Shown: one piece after another, positions 18,940 through 28,848 of the stretch
Numbering within the stretch: position 1 is the stretch's first letter
Layout: each line of letters begins with the position of its first letter
The notes under the pieces: generated by a model
The model's database searches: none
What the model was told of the DNA's origin: nothing
What the model saw: the letters and a program-made list of their open reading frames with translations, nothing else
Virus record (IMG/VR): IMGVR_UViG_3300036800_000376
Direction: 5' to 3' (one strand)
Source: an uncultured virus (IMG/VR IMGVR_UViG_3300036800_000376)
Lineage: Duplodnaviria > Heunggongvirae > Uroviricota > Caudoviricetes
Length of the DNA: 64,000 bases
Position numbers and translations under genes: made by a program

Positions 18940-19877
18940 GCGACCGCCTCACTGAGTTGCGGGAAGGTGCGCACGCGCAGTTCCGCTGGCCATTCCTCCG
19001 GGTTGCCGCCTTTGGCGTCCTTGCTCTGTTGGGAGCGGGCCCACTGCTTCCCGAGCTGCTTGACGAACAGCGTCGTGTTGTTCGCGGCCGCCGCGGCCTC
19101 TAGAGCCCGGATCCATTCGAGGTTCAGCGGTCGTGCACGCGGGCCCGACTCGCCGCCGACGATCAGCCAGTCGATATCGGTCAGATCAAGCCCGGGGCGC
19201 CACGTCTCCTGCACAACGCCATGCGGGCGGCCGCTGCGGATCGGGTAGTCCTGCATCTTCTTCCCCGCGCCGATCAGCGGCCCCAGAAGTGGCTCCGCGC
19301 TGATGAACCTGATCGCCGCTGGTGTGTTCCGCAGCAGGTCGGCACGGTGCACGAACCGACGGTTCTCGATCGACACGCCGAGCCATACGTTCTGAAGCGG
19401 CCAACAGCTGCTCATCCCGAGTGCGGGGAGGTTTGGCACGTGCTCGCGTGCGGCGTCTTCGCACACGCGCCAGGATTCGTACTGTAGATCGCGCGCGATC
19501 ACCTCCTCCTGATGCCACTCGAACCACGCTCGCATCCGGCCCGCGCGCTTGGTCAGCACTTGGAAGGTGTGCCGTGGTGCTGCGGCCATGACGCCGAACA
19601 CGGCCGCGATGTACTCATTGGGGATGTCCTCGAAGAAGAGGTCTGACATCGAGTTGACGAAGATCCTCGAGGGCTTTGGCCAGCGCAGCGGCGCACCAAG
19701 CCGTGACGGCCACAACCGCAGATCGAACCCCTGCTCGTAGGAATGCCCGGGAACCCCACGCCAGCGCTCAGCGAACGTCTTGGCGTAGCAGTGCGCGCAC
19801 CCTGGGGATACCTCAAAGCATCCGGTGGTCGGGTTCCACGACCGGTCACACCACTCAATCTTCGTTAGGCCAGGCAT
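18936..19877 (-). CDS. DUF5131 (phage Gp37/Gp68) family protein
   Basis: TKIEWCD.SWNP.TGC..VSPGCAHCYA, IFVNSMSDLF, SAEPLLG, WLIVGGESG, FVKQLG. Confidence 0.92.
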   Translation of the reverse strand: MPGLTKIEWCDRSWNPTTGCFEVSPGCAHCYAKTFAERWRGVPGHSYEQGFDLRLWPSRLGAPLRWPKPSRIFVNSMSDLFFEDIPNEYIAAVFGVMAAAPRHTFQVLTKRAGRMRAWFEWHQEEVIARDLQYESWRVCEDAAREHVPNLPALGMSSCWPLQNVWLGVSIENRRFVHRADLLRNTPAAIRFISAEPLLGPLIGAGKKMQDYPIRSGRPHGVVQETWRPGLDLTDIDWLIVGGESGPRARPLNLEWIRALEAAAAANNTTLFVKQLGKQWARSQQSKDAKGGNPEEWPAELRVRTFPQLSEAVA

Positions 19878-19880
19878 CCT

Positions 19881-20117
19881 CTACCTCTTCTCTGCGTAAA
19901 GTTGCGCGCCGCAGCGGCCGCAACGACGGCGATCGTGTGGGTTGGGCACGTGGCTGCATTCCATGACGCGCGCGAGGCGCTCAACGTCCGTCTCGGTCCA
20001 GTCCTGCGCGTTGATCGCGTTGGGATGCCGGTATCGGCTCAGGAAGTCGCGCATGATCTGCCGCGACCCAGGCCGCGGCTCAGGCGCCGGAGTCTGCTCG
20101 TTGGGTTCCATCACCAT
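19881..20117 (-). CDS. hypothetical protein
   Basis: AAGGAG RBS; Cys-containing tail. Confidence 0.5.
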   Translation of the reverse strand: MVMEPNEQTPAPEPRPGSRQIMRDFLSRYRHPNAINAQDWTETDVERLARVMECSHVPNPHDRRRCGRCGAQLYAEKR

Positions 20118-20602
20118 GGCTTGCTCCTTGCGTAGCGCTTGGCCTGGTGCAGGCGGGTAGCGAGCTCGTCGATCTCCTCTGGATCGATCGAGAGCCGCCG
20201 CGGGCGACCGTCTTCCCATGACTCGATGAACACCCGCTGCCCTGGCGCGGCGTACACACCGAAGGAGCCGCCCTCGTAGACACGGCGGTCCTCCTGGTTG
20301 CGCAGCGGCTCTCCAATAAGCCACAGAGGCCCACGGGGGCTGGAGGCCGTCACGGTGACCTCGATCACCTCCAGATCCGCTATCGGGAACGGCCACGTCG
20401 CCCAAGACCACTGGCCGTGCTCGTCCATCGAGTAGAAGCGCACGCCGGCCTCGCGGCGCTCGGGATAGAGCTCGACGATATGACCGCCGTGGGGTGGCGG
20501 GGCGGCGTAATGGAAGTTGTCGCAGTTCGGGTCTATGCGAACGTGCTGGCCGATCTGTAGCTCGTTCTCGGCGGCGCTCATTGGCTCTCCGGGCGTTGTC
20601 AT
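20111..20602 (-). CDS. hypothetical protein
   Basis: Coupled ORF in the minus-strand chain. Confidence 0.55.
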   Translation of the reverse strand: MTTPGEPMSAAENELQIGQHVRIDPNCDNFHYAAPPPHGGHIVELYPERREAGVRFYSMDEHGQWSWATWPFPIADLEVIEVTVTASSPRGPLWLIGEPLRNQEDRRVYEGGSFGVYAAPGQRVFIESWEDGRPRRLSIDPEEIDELATRLHQAKRYARSKPW

Positions 20603-20856
20603 TTGGGGAGTTCCACGTGCCGGCCGCGTTCCACCGCTGCGGACCGGACGAATGTGTCGAAGACCGCTATCGCGGTGAGAACCGAGTCGCACAGAGACCG
20701 CACCCGGGCGCAGTGCTGCATCCAGGAGATCCAGTCGAGAACATCACGAGGGCTGCCTGTTGGACGGCCGTGAAGCCAGGCGGTTCCCTCTGGTACGGGT
20801 CGCGCGGTCGTGAGCTCGTTGAGCGCGTCCGTCTCGTGGATCTCGCGGTCGGTCAT
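20599..20856 (-). CDS. hypothetical protein
   Basis: ATGA overlaps on both sides. Confidence 0.5.
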   Translation of the reverse strand: MTDREIHETDALNELTTARPVPEGTAWLHGRPTGSPRDVLDWISWMQHCARVRSLCDSVLTAIAVFDTFVRSAAVERGRHVELPK

Positions 20857-21140
20857 GGCTTTCTCCACCGGCGCCCACGAGCAGTCGGCCGCAGGAACGG
20901 CCGCAAGAACGTATGACCGGTCCGCGGCTGATGTTGGGTGACCAGCCCCCAGTCAGTCAGCGTGTCGGCCGCGGGGAGCTGCCGGCCGTCGAAGTGGACC
21001 TCTCCGTGCTCGATCACGTGAGCGAGCAACCGCTGCTGCGGCTCGGTAAGGCGAACCTCCCGAAGCGGCATATCCGGGCTAGCCACATCACGGGGGATGA
21101 CTCGACGAGACGGGGTCAGGCTTTGGTTCTGACCGGGCAT
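20853..21140 (-). CDS. hypothetical protein (winged-helix-like)
   Basis: TAATG coupling; LTEPQQRLL...L..WGLV...PTARG. Confidence 0.5.
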   Translation of the reverse strand: MPGQNQSLTPSRRVIPRDVASPDMPLREVRLTEPQQRLLAHVIEHGEVHFDGRQLPAADTLTDWGLVTQHQPRTGHTFLRPFLRPTARGRRWRKP

Positions 21141-21586
21141 TACGCAGCGACCGCCCCAGGGATCGGCCAGAGCCCGAGCGTGCCGTTCATCGACCGAGGC
21201 TCGAACGCGGTCGCTCGATCCAGCAGCCACCCCCACCGGCCACGGTTGTAGTCACCGAACGCTCGCTCCTGAGCGCTGATCCCGGCCAGCTCGACACCGT
21301 CGGTGGGGACGCAGTCGAGCAGGACCACCCCGCCGATCAGTGCGCCACGCGGAAGATCCTCCAGCTTTTCGATCCCGGCCGCTATGAGCGCCGATCGGAA
21401 AGGCTCCTCGAAGCACAACACCTTCGCCCGGCGTGGGAAGCCCTTGGAGGCGTGGATCCCGAGCCAGCCGCGGTACGGCGTCCGCCACGAGCGGGTCTCG
21501 ACGCGCTTCGCGCCGGCGATCACGAGCGTCGCCCAGGGCTGTGTGAGCGATAGCGCGGGATAGCTTCCCCGGTAACCGGAGGTCAC
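21140..21586 (-). CDS. ASCH-domain protein
   Basis: ALSLTQPWATLV.AGAKRVETRSW.T.YRG.L.IHAS; G.LGLW. Confidence 0.9.
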   Translation of the reverse strand: MTSGYRGSYPALSLTQPWATLVIAGAKRVETRSWRTPYRGWLGIHASKGFPRRAKVLCFEEPFRSALIAAGIEKLEDLPRGALIGGVVLLDCVPTDGVELAGISAQERAFGDYNRGRWGWLLDRATAFEPRSMNGTLGLWPIPGAVAA

Positions 21587-21840
21587 AGCTTCTCCTCTGG
21601 CCGGCAGACTTTGCACAGCAGGCAGTCGTCATCGGTTCGGGAGGTCTCGACGACTTGCTGCCAGAGGTCGAACGTCGTGGATCTAGCGCCTGGCCCGTGG
21701 GCGTACCGACAGTCAGCACGATGCAACCGGTAGACGGTGTAGCCGACCGACTTGGGGTCAGGTCGCCCCACGCCAGTCGGTTTACGGGTCGTCACGAAAA
21801 CGAGCGGCGGCCCCGAAGCGTCACGTGGATCGGTGTCCAT
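21583..21840 (-). CDS. hypothetical protein (LHRADC...CLLCKVC), probably leaderless
   Basis: ATG lies 33 nt after the GTGAA motif. Confidence 0.6.
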   Translation of the reverse strand: MDTDPRDASGPPLVFVTTRKPTGVGRPDPKSVGYTVYRLHRADCRYAHGPGARSTTFDLWQQVVETSRTDDDCLLCKVCRPEEKL

Positions 21841-21880
21841 GCCCTTTCTAGGCGCGGACGCGGGGATATTCACCCTCCCT
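21840..21880 (-). promoter_or_regulatory. promoter motif copy 3
   Basis: GGGAGGGTGAA-N17-CCTAGA-AGGGC-ATG type spacing (33 nt from GTG to ATG). Confidence 0.6.
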
Positions 21881-21917
21881 CCTGAAATCACGGGGGCGCC
21901 GGAGCTCGAAGTGGCGC

Positions 21918-22172
21918 TCAGCACAACGGGAGCTCCGGTTGGGCTGGCACCACACGGAGGTCGGACGCGTCGAGGCCGTGCGCTGCGGCGAACGCGCGAC
22001 GAAGCTCGCCGTCTGGGTCGATGTAGTCCGTGGCGGCTTGGATTGCGTGCGCCGACCCGTGGCAGGCGCCGCCGCAGATGCAGTCGCAGTCGGATGTCGT
22101 GGCGTCGTGGCAGCGGGCGTCGCACCGGCCGACGCATCCCTCGCTGTTGTAGACGGCGAGCACGGTCGTCAT
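21918..22172 (-). CDS. small Cys-rich protein
   Basis: CVGRCDARCH...CDCICGGACHG. Confidence 0.6.
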   Translation of the reverse strand: MTTVLAVYNSEGCVGRCDARCHDATTSDCDCICGGACHGSAHAIQAATDYIDPDGELRRAFAAAHGLDASDLRVVPAQPELPLC

Positions 22173-22495
22173 CGATCGACCGTCCTACGGTCGCGATCGC
22201 GATCGTCATACGGTGCGGGTGCCGTCATGCCGTCCGCGGGGAATCGCTCGAGCGCGAAGGCGAGCGCCCACCGGATCGCTTCTCCGTCCGCGATCGGCGA
22301 GCCGTAGGCCGTGTGCCGGCCGCGGTGCTGCTGTATCTCCTCCCACACGGGCGAGTGGGTTTCCGCCTTTCCGAGCGCGGTCTTGAGCTCTATTAGTCGC
22401 GCCACGTCCGCTTCGCTGAGTCGGACGCTGACGGTGCGTAATGCGAGCTCTCGCCGGCGGCCCTCGCTCGAGTGTCGATAGCGGCGCGCGGTCAT
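22169..22495 (-). CDS. hypothetical protein
   Basis: Coupled ORF. Confidence 0.5.
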   Translation of the reverse strand: MTARRYRHSSEGRRRELALRTVSVRLSEADVARLIELKTALGKAETHSPVWEEIQQHRGRHTAYGSPIADGEAIRWALAFALERFPADGMTAPAPYDDRDRDRRTVDR

Positions 22496-22959
22496 GGTTC
22501 GGGCCTTTCTGCTACTGCGCATGGGAAGCAGTCGGGGTATCCGGGGTCGGGCGGCCGCTGCCCGCACTTGCAACAGATGGGTCCGATGTCGGGGATCTCG
22601 ATCCCGGCCTTCTCCCATGCGAGCACGGTCAGTAGCGCCCGCTCCAGGCGCGTCTCAGCAACCCGGGCGCGACGGCCGAACAGGACCGCGCGGAGGCGCA
22701 CGAGCCGCGGGGAGCGAGGCGGGCTCGTCGCAAGCTGATAGAGCAACTGGCTGGTCTCGACTGCCTCGATGCAGCGGCGGACCGCTTCCGCGAGGGAGTC
22801 GCTCGCCCCGCGGGTGTCGCCCGATGCTCCGTACAAGGCCAAGCGCAGGTCGGCGGACACGAGCTGCCAGTGGGTCTCGCACATCACCTGGTCGACTTGG
22901 ATGCGCTCCTCGCAGCCTTTAACCGGGCACCCGTGGCTTTGCTGCTGCAGCGCCGTCAT
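22492..22959 (-). CDS. hypothetical Cys-motif protein
   Basis: CPVKGC...MCETHW; CCKC...CFPC. Confidence 0.55.
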   Translation of the reverse strand: MTALQQQSHGCPVKGCEERIQVDQVMCETHWQLVSADLRLALYGASGDTRGASDSLAEAVRRCIEAVETSQLLYQLATSPPRSPRLVRLRAVLFGRRARVAETRLERALLTVLAWEKAGIEIPDIGPICCKCGQRPPDPGYPDCFPCAVAERPEP

Positions 22960-23255
22960 CGACGGGCCTCCATCACGAGCGCGGTGCCGGCGGTGGTTGC
23001 CTGCCATCTCCCGACGTATGTCTCGTCGTCCTGCGTGTACTCAACGAGACCGCGGGTGCGTAGGTTGCGGAGGCCGACGCTCGCTTGTTGTCCGCTCACT
23101 GCAGGCGGGACGGTGGCCTTGGCTGGGAGCCAGCAGCCACCGTCGACGAGCTGCTCGAGCTGCGTCCACTCGAGCGCAGGCACACCAGCGCGCTCCGCAG
23201 CCGAGCGACGGGGGCCCTGCGGCGTCCGGTGAGTTCGCAACGCAGCCTCGGTCAT
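22956..23255 (-). CDS. hypothetical protein (winged-helix-like)
   Basis: LRNLRTRGLVE...WQATTAG; coupled. Confidence 0.5.
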   Translation of the reverse strand: MTEAALRTHRTPQGPRRSAAERAGVPALEWTQLEQLVDGGCWLPAKATVPPAVSGQQASVGLRNLRTRGLVEYTQDDETYVGRWQATTAGTALVMEARR

Positions 23256-23470
23256 TCCACACCTACTGTCAGGTCTCGTCGTGCTCGCTCGAGCGCGCGC
23301 AGCGCCTCGTGCTTGGCGCCGCCGTGGTCGATGTAGCGGCGTACGTGGTCGAGTTGCGGGAGCGCGAGCTCGATCCCGGCTTTGAGCAGGTCTCGCTCAC
23401 GAGCGACCTCGTTGTAGCTACGTCCAGGCAGCCAGTCGCCTTGGCGAGCGTCGGTGTCGATCGAGCTCAT
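23252..23470 (-). CDS. hypothetical protein
   Basis: ATGA overlaps. Confidence 0.5.
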   Translation of the reverse strand: MSSIDTDARQGDWLPGRSYNEVARERDLLKAGIELALPQLDHVRRYIDHGGAKHEALRALERARRDLTVGVE

Positions 23471-23706
23471 CGGCGCGCCTCGCAGTCCTTACAGCGATCG
23501 CTCCGTCTGACCGACCAGACACGCGGACCGGCGTCCGAGAACAGGTCGTCGGGCAGCACCACACGCCCGCAGAGCGCTATCCCACGCCAGTCGCTGTAGG
23601 GGTGGCGGCTGGTCGCGTGAACGGGTACGGCGTGGATCTTGTGAGCGGCCTGCCCGTACCGATATCGGCTGTTCTGCTCAGAGCTGATCTCGCGAGCGAG
23701 CGTCAT
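23467..23706 (-). CDS. hypothetical protein (H..ALCG..CKDC)
   Basis: ATGA overlaps. Confidence 0.5.
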   Translation of the reverse strand: MTLAREISSEQNSRYRYGQAAHKIHAVPVHATSRHPYSDWRGIALCGRVVLPDDLFSDAGPRVWSVRRSDRCKDCEARR

Positions 23707-23927
23707 CGCCATTCCCCCACGACGACACGCCGATGCTGCACTGCGCCGGTGAGCCGGCGAGCGCCGTAGGGGTCGCGTCGGGGCGTTGGGTCACGCTCGA
23801 GCGCCGTGCGGCGGCCCCAGCGTCGCGCCAGGGCCTCGCCTCGGTCGCATTCCAGGATGGAGCCGCCCGGCCAGATCACCCGCCATTCGGTGTAGCGGCG
23901 GCAGTCGTGAGCGCGATCGCGAGGCAT
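23703..23927 (-). CDS. hypothetical protein
   Basis: Fills the gap in the coupled chain. Confidence 0.4.
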   Translation of the reverse strand: MPRDRAHDCRRYTEWRVIWPGGSILECDRGEALARRWGRRTALERDPTPRRDPYGARRLTGAVQHRRVVVGEWR

Positions 23928-23930
23928 CGC

Positions 23931-24176
23931 TTAGAAGAGCCTCCGTTGCCCGGGCCCGAGCGGGAACCCCTTGACGATGTGCACGGTCCGCCCGTCTCGA
24001 GCCGGGTAGCGAACCTCACCGCGTGGGATGTCCGCGAGCCCGTCGAGCGCCTGGTCGACGTAGGGCTCGGCGTCGCTGGCTGGGGCGGGTAGCCGCTCCC
24101 AGCGCCCGGGGTCGGCGAGCGGCTGCTCCCACCGCACGTAGACACGCTCCTCGAGCACGTTCGCGAGCTGGGTCAT
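23931..24176 (-). CDS. hypothetical protein
   Basis: ATGA overlap with the helicase stop. Confidence 0.5.
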   Translation of the reverse strand: MTQLANVLEERVYVRWEQPLADPGRWERLPAPASDAEPYVDQALDGLADIPRGEVRYPARDGRTVHIVKGFPLGPGQRRLF

Positions 24177-25846
24177 GACGCGATCGCCAGGCGGCGACGG
24201 GCTCGTGCCAGCTCTTTGATTTGGTCGGGATGGTTCGTGGCCAGCGTCGAGACTTGGCGGCGAACCCAGTCCACGGACTCGGTGACAATCTCGACGGGAG
24301 CATCGGCGTCGACGACGCCCACGGCCGCGGCGAGCTCGCGGTGCGCGGTGGCGAGCTGATAGGCGGGGTTGATCAGCCGCCGCAGCTGCGCATAGGTGCT
24401 CAGCAGCGTGAACAGTTCCCCGCGGAGCGATTCGCGCGCGGCCACGGCCGCGCGGATCTCTTGCGGTGAGGGAGGCAGCTTCGGCGTCGAGATCTCGACG
24501 CTCTCCTCGACGGCGCTCAGGCGTGTGGTCGAGGAGAGCACGTCGAGGGTGGGTGGGACGGTCCCGTTGAGCGGTTGTGCGTCAACGGCGCGGCACTTCG
24601 GTCTGCTGCCGCGCTGCCCGCCGAGGAGCGACGGATCCTCCTCGCCGAGCTCGCGAGTGGTGGCAGAGCGGGCGCCGGTGGTGGAGGAGATCCCGCCGAG
24701 AACGTCCAGGCGCTCGGCGTAGCGGATGAGCTGTGGGTCGGCGGGCATGTGCACAGTCGCGGGAAGCCGCGCGTATTTCGCGCGGCCGCGTAGCGCGCGG
24801 CCGGATACCTGGCGGACCATCAGCTCGGTCGACGCGGCGGTCGCCCACACGATCACCCCGAGACGGGGAATGTCGACGCCCTCGGACACCATCCGAACGC
24901 TCACGAGCCATTCGTCGCTGTCCTCGGCGAACGCGGCGATCGCCTTGTGCGCGCGCGGTATGTCGCTCATCGCGAGCACCGGCAGACTGCCGGTGACCTC
25001 GGCGATCAGCTGGTCAACCTCGAGCGCGTGCGGCTGGGAGTCGCATACCACCAGTCCCGCGGCATCGGGCACCTGCTCGCGCATCTTGAGGAGGTCCTCG
25101 TGCGCCGCGGTGAACAGCGACCGCAGGTACGGCTTGCCGGGGTCAAGCGCGGCGCGCAAACGCCGCGGACGAGCGCCAGGGTCGACACGTTCTGAGAACA
25201 TCGCTGCGTGCTGCTCTGCGCCCTCGAGCCAGACGATCGCGCCGTCGTGCGGACGGAAACGCACCGGCCGGCATGCGCCGTCCCTGACCGCCTGCGCGTA
25301 GTCGTACCCGAAGTCCGGAACGCACCGTCCGTCCGCGTCGTAGGTCACGAACGGGATCCGGCCCTCATCGGAGCGGAATGGAGTGCCGGAAAGCATCAGC
25401 CTCACGGTCGCTCCGCCGAACGCGTTGCGGAGCGATTCGCCCCACGCGAGGTCGTCGCCGGCGTGGTGGATCTCGTCGCACACCAGCACCGTCCGACGCT
25501 TCTCGCACGCCACGGCGTATCGCTCGACTCGTTGCGCGACCTGCGCATATGTCGCGCACACGCCGTGCACGTGCTCGGGCCAGCCGGCAAGACCGAAGTC
25601 GGTATCCATCCGGTAGCCAAGGCGAGCGAGCTCGCGCTGCCATTGGTCACGAACGATCACCGATGGGCACACCACGATCAGCTGATCGCACTCCCGGGCG
25701 CTCATCACCCCAGCGACGCCGGCGCCCGCCGCAATGGTTTTCCCGGCGGCTGGGCAGGCGACGAGAAGGAAGTCCGGGCCCGGATGGCACTCAAGGACCC
25801 GCACGAACCGCGCCTGCCAGCTCCGCAGAGCGATGCTTGTCGTCAT
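24173..25846 (-). CDS. SF2 DEAD/DEAH-box helicase (ResIII-like)
   Basis: LRSWQ, CPAAGKT, VCDEIHH, LSGTPFRSD, MVSEGVDIPRL, QVSGRALR. Confidence 0.9.
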   Translation of the reverse strand: MTTSIALRSWQARFVRVLECHPGPDFLLVACPAAGKTIAAGAGVAGVMSARECDQLIVVCPSVIVRDQWQRELARLGYRMDTDFGLAGWPEHVHGVCATYAQVAQRVERYAVACEKRRTVLVCDEIHHAGDDLAWGESLRNAFGGATVRLMLSGTPFRSDEGRIPFVTYDADGRCVPDFGYDYAQAVRDGACRPVRFRPHDGAIVWLEGAEQHAAMFSERVDPGARPRRLRAALDPGKPYLRSLFTAAHEDLLKMREQVPDAAGLVVCDSQPHALEVDQLIAEVTGSLPVLAMSDIPRAHKAIAAFAEDSDEWLVSVRMVSEGVDIPRLGVIVWATAASTELMVRQVSGRALRGRAKYARLPATVHMPADPQLIRYAERLDVLGGISSTTGARSATTRELGEEDPSLLGGQRGSRPKCRAVDAQPLNGTVPPTLDVLSSTTRLSAVEESVEISTPKLPPSPQEIRAAVAARESLRGELFTLLSTYAQLRRLINPAYQLATAHRELAAAVGVVDADAPVEIVTESVDWVRRQVSTLATNHPDQIKELARARRRLAIAS

Positions 25847-26136
25847 CGCTCCACTTCCACGGCGGTGAGATGCTCGTTGGCGAGGGTCGCAAGGACGTCG
25901 CCGTGGCAGGCTTGCGGTGAGCACCAGCACCCGAGCGTCTTGCCGGCGAGCTCGCGCAGGTCCGCGAGCAGCTGCGGCTGGGATTTCAGCCAACGCTCAT
26001 AGCGGGCGATGACTTCCGCACGGTCCCCTTCCTGGCCGACCACGTAAGGGTTGCCCCACTTGCTGGGCCTACCGATGTACACGTCGTACCGGTCGCGCTT
26101 GCAGTGCACGACTGTTGTGAGTGACCGTTCGCTCAT
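25843..26136 (-). CDS. DUF4326-domain protein
   Basis: YDVYIGRPSKWGNPY...L.GKTLGCWCSPQACHGDVL. Confidence 0.88.
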   Translation of the reverse strand: MSERSLTTVVHCKRDRYDVYIGRPSKWGNPYVVGQEGDRAEVIARYERWLKSQPQLLADLRELAGKTLGCWCSPQACHGDVLATLANEHLTAVEVER

Positions 26137-27755
26137 GCCTTCTGCCGCCTAGCTGGCTGGCGAGTCCCGCCGGGCCGAGTCTCATAGAGGTCCGCGAATG
26201 TCGTGCCGCCGTCCCACATTTCGAGCGCTCGGTCAACGATCGCGCGACGGATCGTGGTCTTCTCCGCGCCGCGTCCGACACCGCGGATCCACACACTCAG
26301 CATGTCGGGGTTCATATGGAGCCGACGGGCGAGCTTCGCGTAGGAGCCGAGCTCGACATAACGCTCGATCAGCCACCCCAGGAACGGATCGAACGGGACG
26401 ACCCCGGCCGCCTCAACCGGGAGCTCCCCGTCGCCGCGCGGCCACGCGACCGGCCCGTGCTCCGCCACGAGGCGCCTATGCGCCTCTTGAACGTCCGGGA
26501 CGGTGAGCCATCCGAACTTTCGGAAGCGCTTCACGAGCGACCCGTTCAGGGTCTTCTGGCTTGAGAACACGTCGCGGACGCCGGCGGCGTTGACCGCCCA
26601 CATCCGTCGCGCAACCCATGCGATGCGTGGGGTATTGGAGTACTCGCCGGTCGCGAGGATGAGCATCGGGACGCTCACGAACGAGTCGCGCCCAGGGATC
26701 GGCTTGTGCTCCCGGAACACGATCCGCCGACACCGGTAGCAGTACCCCGACTCGTGCTTGGTCAGCGTCCCGCACCGCTTCCCGGTCTTCACCCCGACGT
26801 GCGGACACGGCTTCCCCTCCAAGTCATGGCAGGCGCGGCACGTCGCTGACTGGTGGTTCTTGTAGCCGCCGCAGCCCGGACAGACGTTGTACTCACGATC
26901 CGGGGCGGGCGGGTCGAACCCGTACACAGCCCGGAACGTCGTGCCTGCATGCTCGAGGTAGCGCGCCACGGTCGACGCGCGGATCGTGTCGCTCGGGATC
27001 CCCGCGCGGCGCATCTTCGCGCCGTTGTGGGTGCCCTTCATCATCCGGCACACGATCGTCTGGTCGATACCCACCGCGTCCGCGACGAGGTTCCAACCCT
27101 GGCTACGCCAGTGCGCCGTGCCGGCAGCCCGCGCGTCGGCGAGCCGCCGCTTACGTTCCCGGTCCATCCAGGCCTGCAGCGGCGCGAGAGCAACCATGTC
27201 CCACGTACGACTCTGCGCGAGGCGCTGCCCCTCGCTGCGGCGCTTCGCGACGTACTCGGGCCGCGGGTCGTGGTGGTAGCAGTAGGCGCTATCCGGCAGA
27301 GGAGACTGAGGACACGACCCGCCCCTCGGCGCCGGGCCCGAACCGGTCGCTACCCCGATGCACTCTCGCTCTGAGCGGTACAGCCCACCGTCATAGTTCG
27401 CATCACGGATCACAAAGACGTGCGCCGCCGGGCGTTTCGGCCACCCTTCGCGACGCCACCACGTCTGCAGCCGCTCCGCCACGACCGTCACGTTCTCTGT
27501 GTCGCTGACCCCCGCGGCGATCACCGCTCTCGCGGCGTCACGGATCGAACCGTGTTGCAGGAAGTACACCTGCCTTGCCAGCTCGAACGCCCCAGCGGTC
27601 AGTCTCGGTACCGCCCCGGTGCTGCTCGCCTTGACTTCGGTCACCGCCGGCGGCACCTGAAGCTCATGCCGCAGGGCCTCGCCAAGCGCGTCCAATGACG
27701 CAGCGCGACGTCTCGCAGCTCGCCCCGCGGCGTGCTGTTCCACCGTCACGCCCAT
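26133..27755 (-). CDS. large multi-Zn-ribbon/HTH-like DNA-binding protein
   Basis: Several CxxC/CxxH clusters and HTH-like segments (SYAKLARRLHMNPDMLSVWIRG). Confidence 0.65.
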   Translation of the reverse strand: MGVTVEQHAAGRAARRRAASLDALGEALRHELQVPPAVTEVKASSTGAVPRLTAGAFELARQVYFLQHGSIRDAARAVIAAGVSDTENVTVVAERLQTWWRREGWPKRPAAHVFVIRDANYDGGLYRSERECIGVATGSGPAPRGGSCPQSPLPDSAYCYHHDPRPEYVAKRRSEGQRLAQSRTWDMVALAPLQAWMDRERKRRLADARAAGTAHWRSQGWNLVADAVGIDQTIVCRMMKGTHNGAKMRRAGIPSDTIRASTVARYLEHAGTTFRAVYGFDPPAPDREYNVCPGCGGYKNHQSATCRACHDLEGKPCPHVGVKTGKRCGTLTKHESGYCYRCRRIVFREHKPIPGRDSFVSVPMLILATGEYSNTPRIAWVARRMWAVNAAGVRDVFSSQKTLNGSLVKRFRKFGWLTVPDVQEAHRRLVAEHGPVAWPRGDGELPVEAAGVVPFDPFLGWLIERYVELGSYAKLARRLHMNPDMLSVWIRGVGRGAEKTTIRRAIVDRALEMWDGGTTFADLYETRPGGTRQPARRQKA

Positions 27756-28141
27756 CAGATCGCCGCCTCTGATGGCTGGGGGAGCTTGTAGAGCCGCGGG
27801 CAACGCGCTTCCTCGCAGAGGAGGAGTCCGAGGTCGACGAGCTCATCAAGGACCGACGGAGCGTCTGACGCGGCTCCTACCGCGGGGCGTTCGAGGAAGC
27901 TGAGGCCCGTGCGTTGGGAGAGCTCGTGCGCGCTCAGCGGACCTTCGGCGATGGCGAAGGTGAGCGCGATCTGGGTGAGCGCGATCGCGTGCGCGACGCA
28001 GCTGCTGCACAGATCACCCCCGCTCGGATCCTCTACCCAGCAGCACCCGCCCGGGCACGCCTCCTCGTCTGTGCAGCCACAGATCCTGCAGGCCACGACG
28101 TCGAAGCCGTGCTCCTCGTAAGGTCGCTCCATAGCGCTCAT
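27755..28141 (-). CDS. hypothetical Cys-rich protein
   Basis: CRICGCT...CPGGCCWV...LCSSC. Confidence 0.6.
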   Translation of the reverse strand: MSAMERPYEEHGFDVVACRICGCTDEEACPGGCCWVEDPSGGDLCSSCVAHAIALTQIALTFAIAEGPLSAHELSQRTGLSFLERPAVGAASDAPSVLDELVDLGLLLCEEARCPRLYKLPQPSEAAI

Positions 28142-28848
28142 CCCGAGGCCTCCTCTCCGGCGTCTCGGGCCCGGGCGCGACTCACCGTTGTGATCGGGTC
28201 GACGTCGCTTTGGCTGCCGGGCCCGGCGGGGTCGACCGCGAGCACGTGCACGCTGGCGGCTGGCACGAAGTGCTGCTCGAACCAGTCGCGCTGGTAGACA
28301 CGGCTCACCTCGCGAGCGCCGTGATCGACCTGCGCGACGGCGTACACGTTTGTGTCGGTCACCCGTCGAACGTTGAGCGCATCCCCCGTGTCCGTGTTGA
28401 CGTACGCGCCCGGCTGAAGCCCGTCCACGCCGTCATGGCGCCCGCAGCGCGCACAGGTAGCGATCATCTCCTCAACCGCCGCGTGGATCGTGCGCAAACG
28501 AGTGCTGTGCAGCTCCTCGAAGGGCAGGAGCTCACCGCGGGGATCTAGCTCCTCGGGGGTGACGCCGATGTCCTTGTACTCATCGGCGAGCGTGGGCGTG
28601 TAGAGCCGGTGGACGATCGCCTGCGTGAGGTACGTCAGTCCGAGCGGTGTCAGATGGCCGAGCAGCTCCTCGATCGCGTGGAATGCCAGCCGCGACTCGC
28701 GCGAGCGGTCCTCCTGCGTGAACTTCTCGCCGCTGCTCAGGATGTACCCGGGGGCGCTCGGGTCCGGTTCGGGATCTCGCACGTAGGGGTGCACGTAGCG
28801 GCCGTTGGCGTCGACGTCGTCGCGCGGCGGGTCGGGCAGCACACTCAT
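28138..28848 (-). CDS. hypothetical protein
   Basis: Coupled ORF. Confidence 0.55.
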   Translation of the reverse strand: MSVLPDPPRDDVDANGRYVHPYVRDPEPDPSAPGYILSSGEKFTQEDRSRESRLAFHAIEELLGHLTPLGLTYLTQAIVHRLYTPTLADEYKDIGVTPEELDPRGELLPFEELHSTRLRTIHAAVEEMIATCARCGRHDGVDGLQPGAYVNTDTGDALNVRRVTDTNVYAVAQVDHGAREVSRVYQRDWFEQHFVPAASVHVLAVDPAGPGSQSDVDPITTVSRARARDAGEEASG

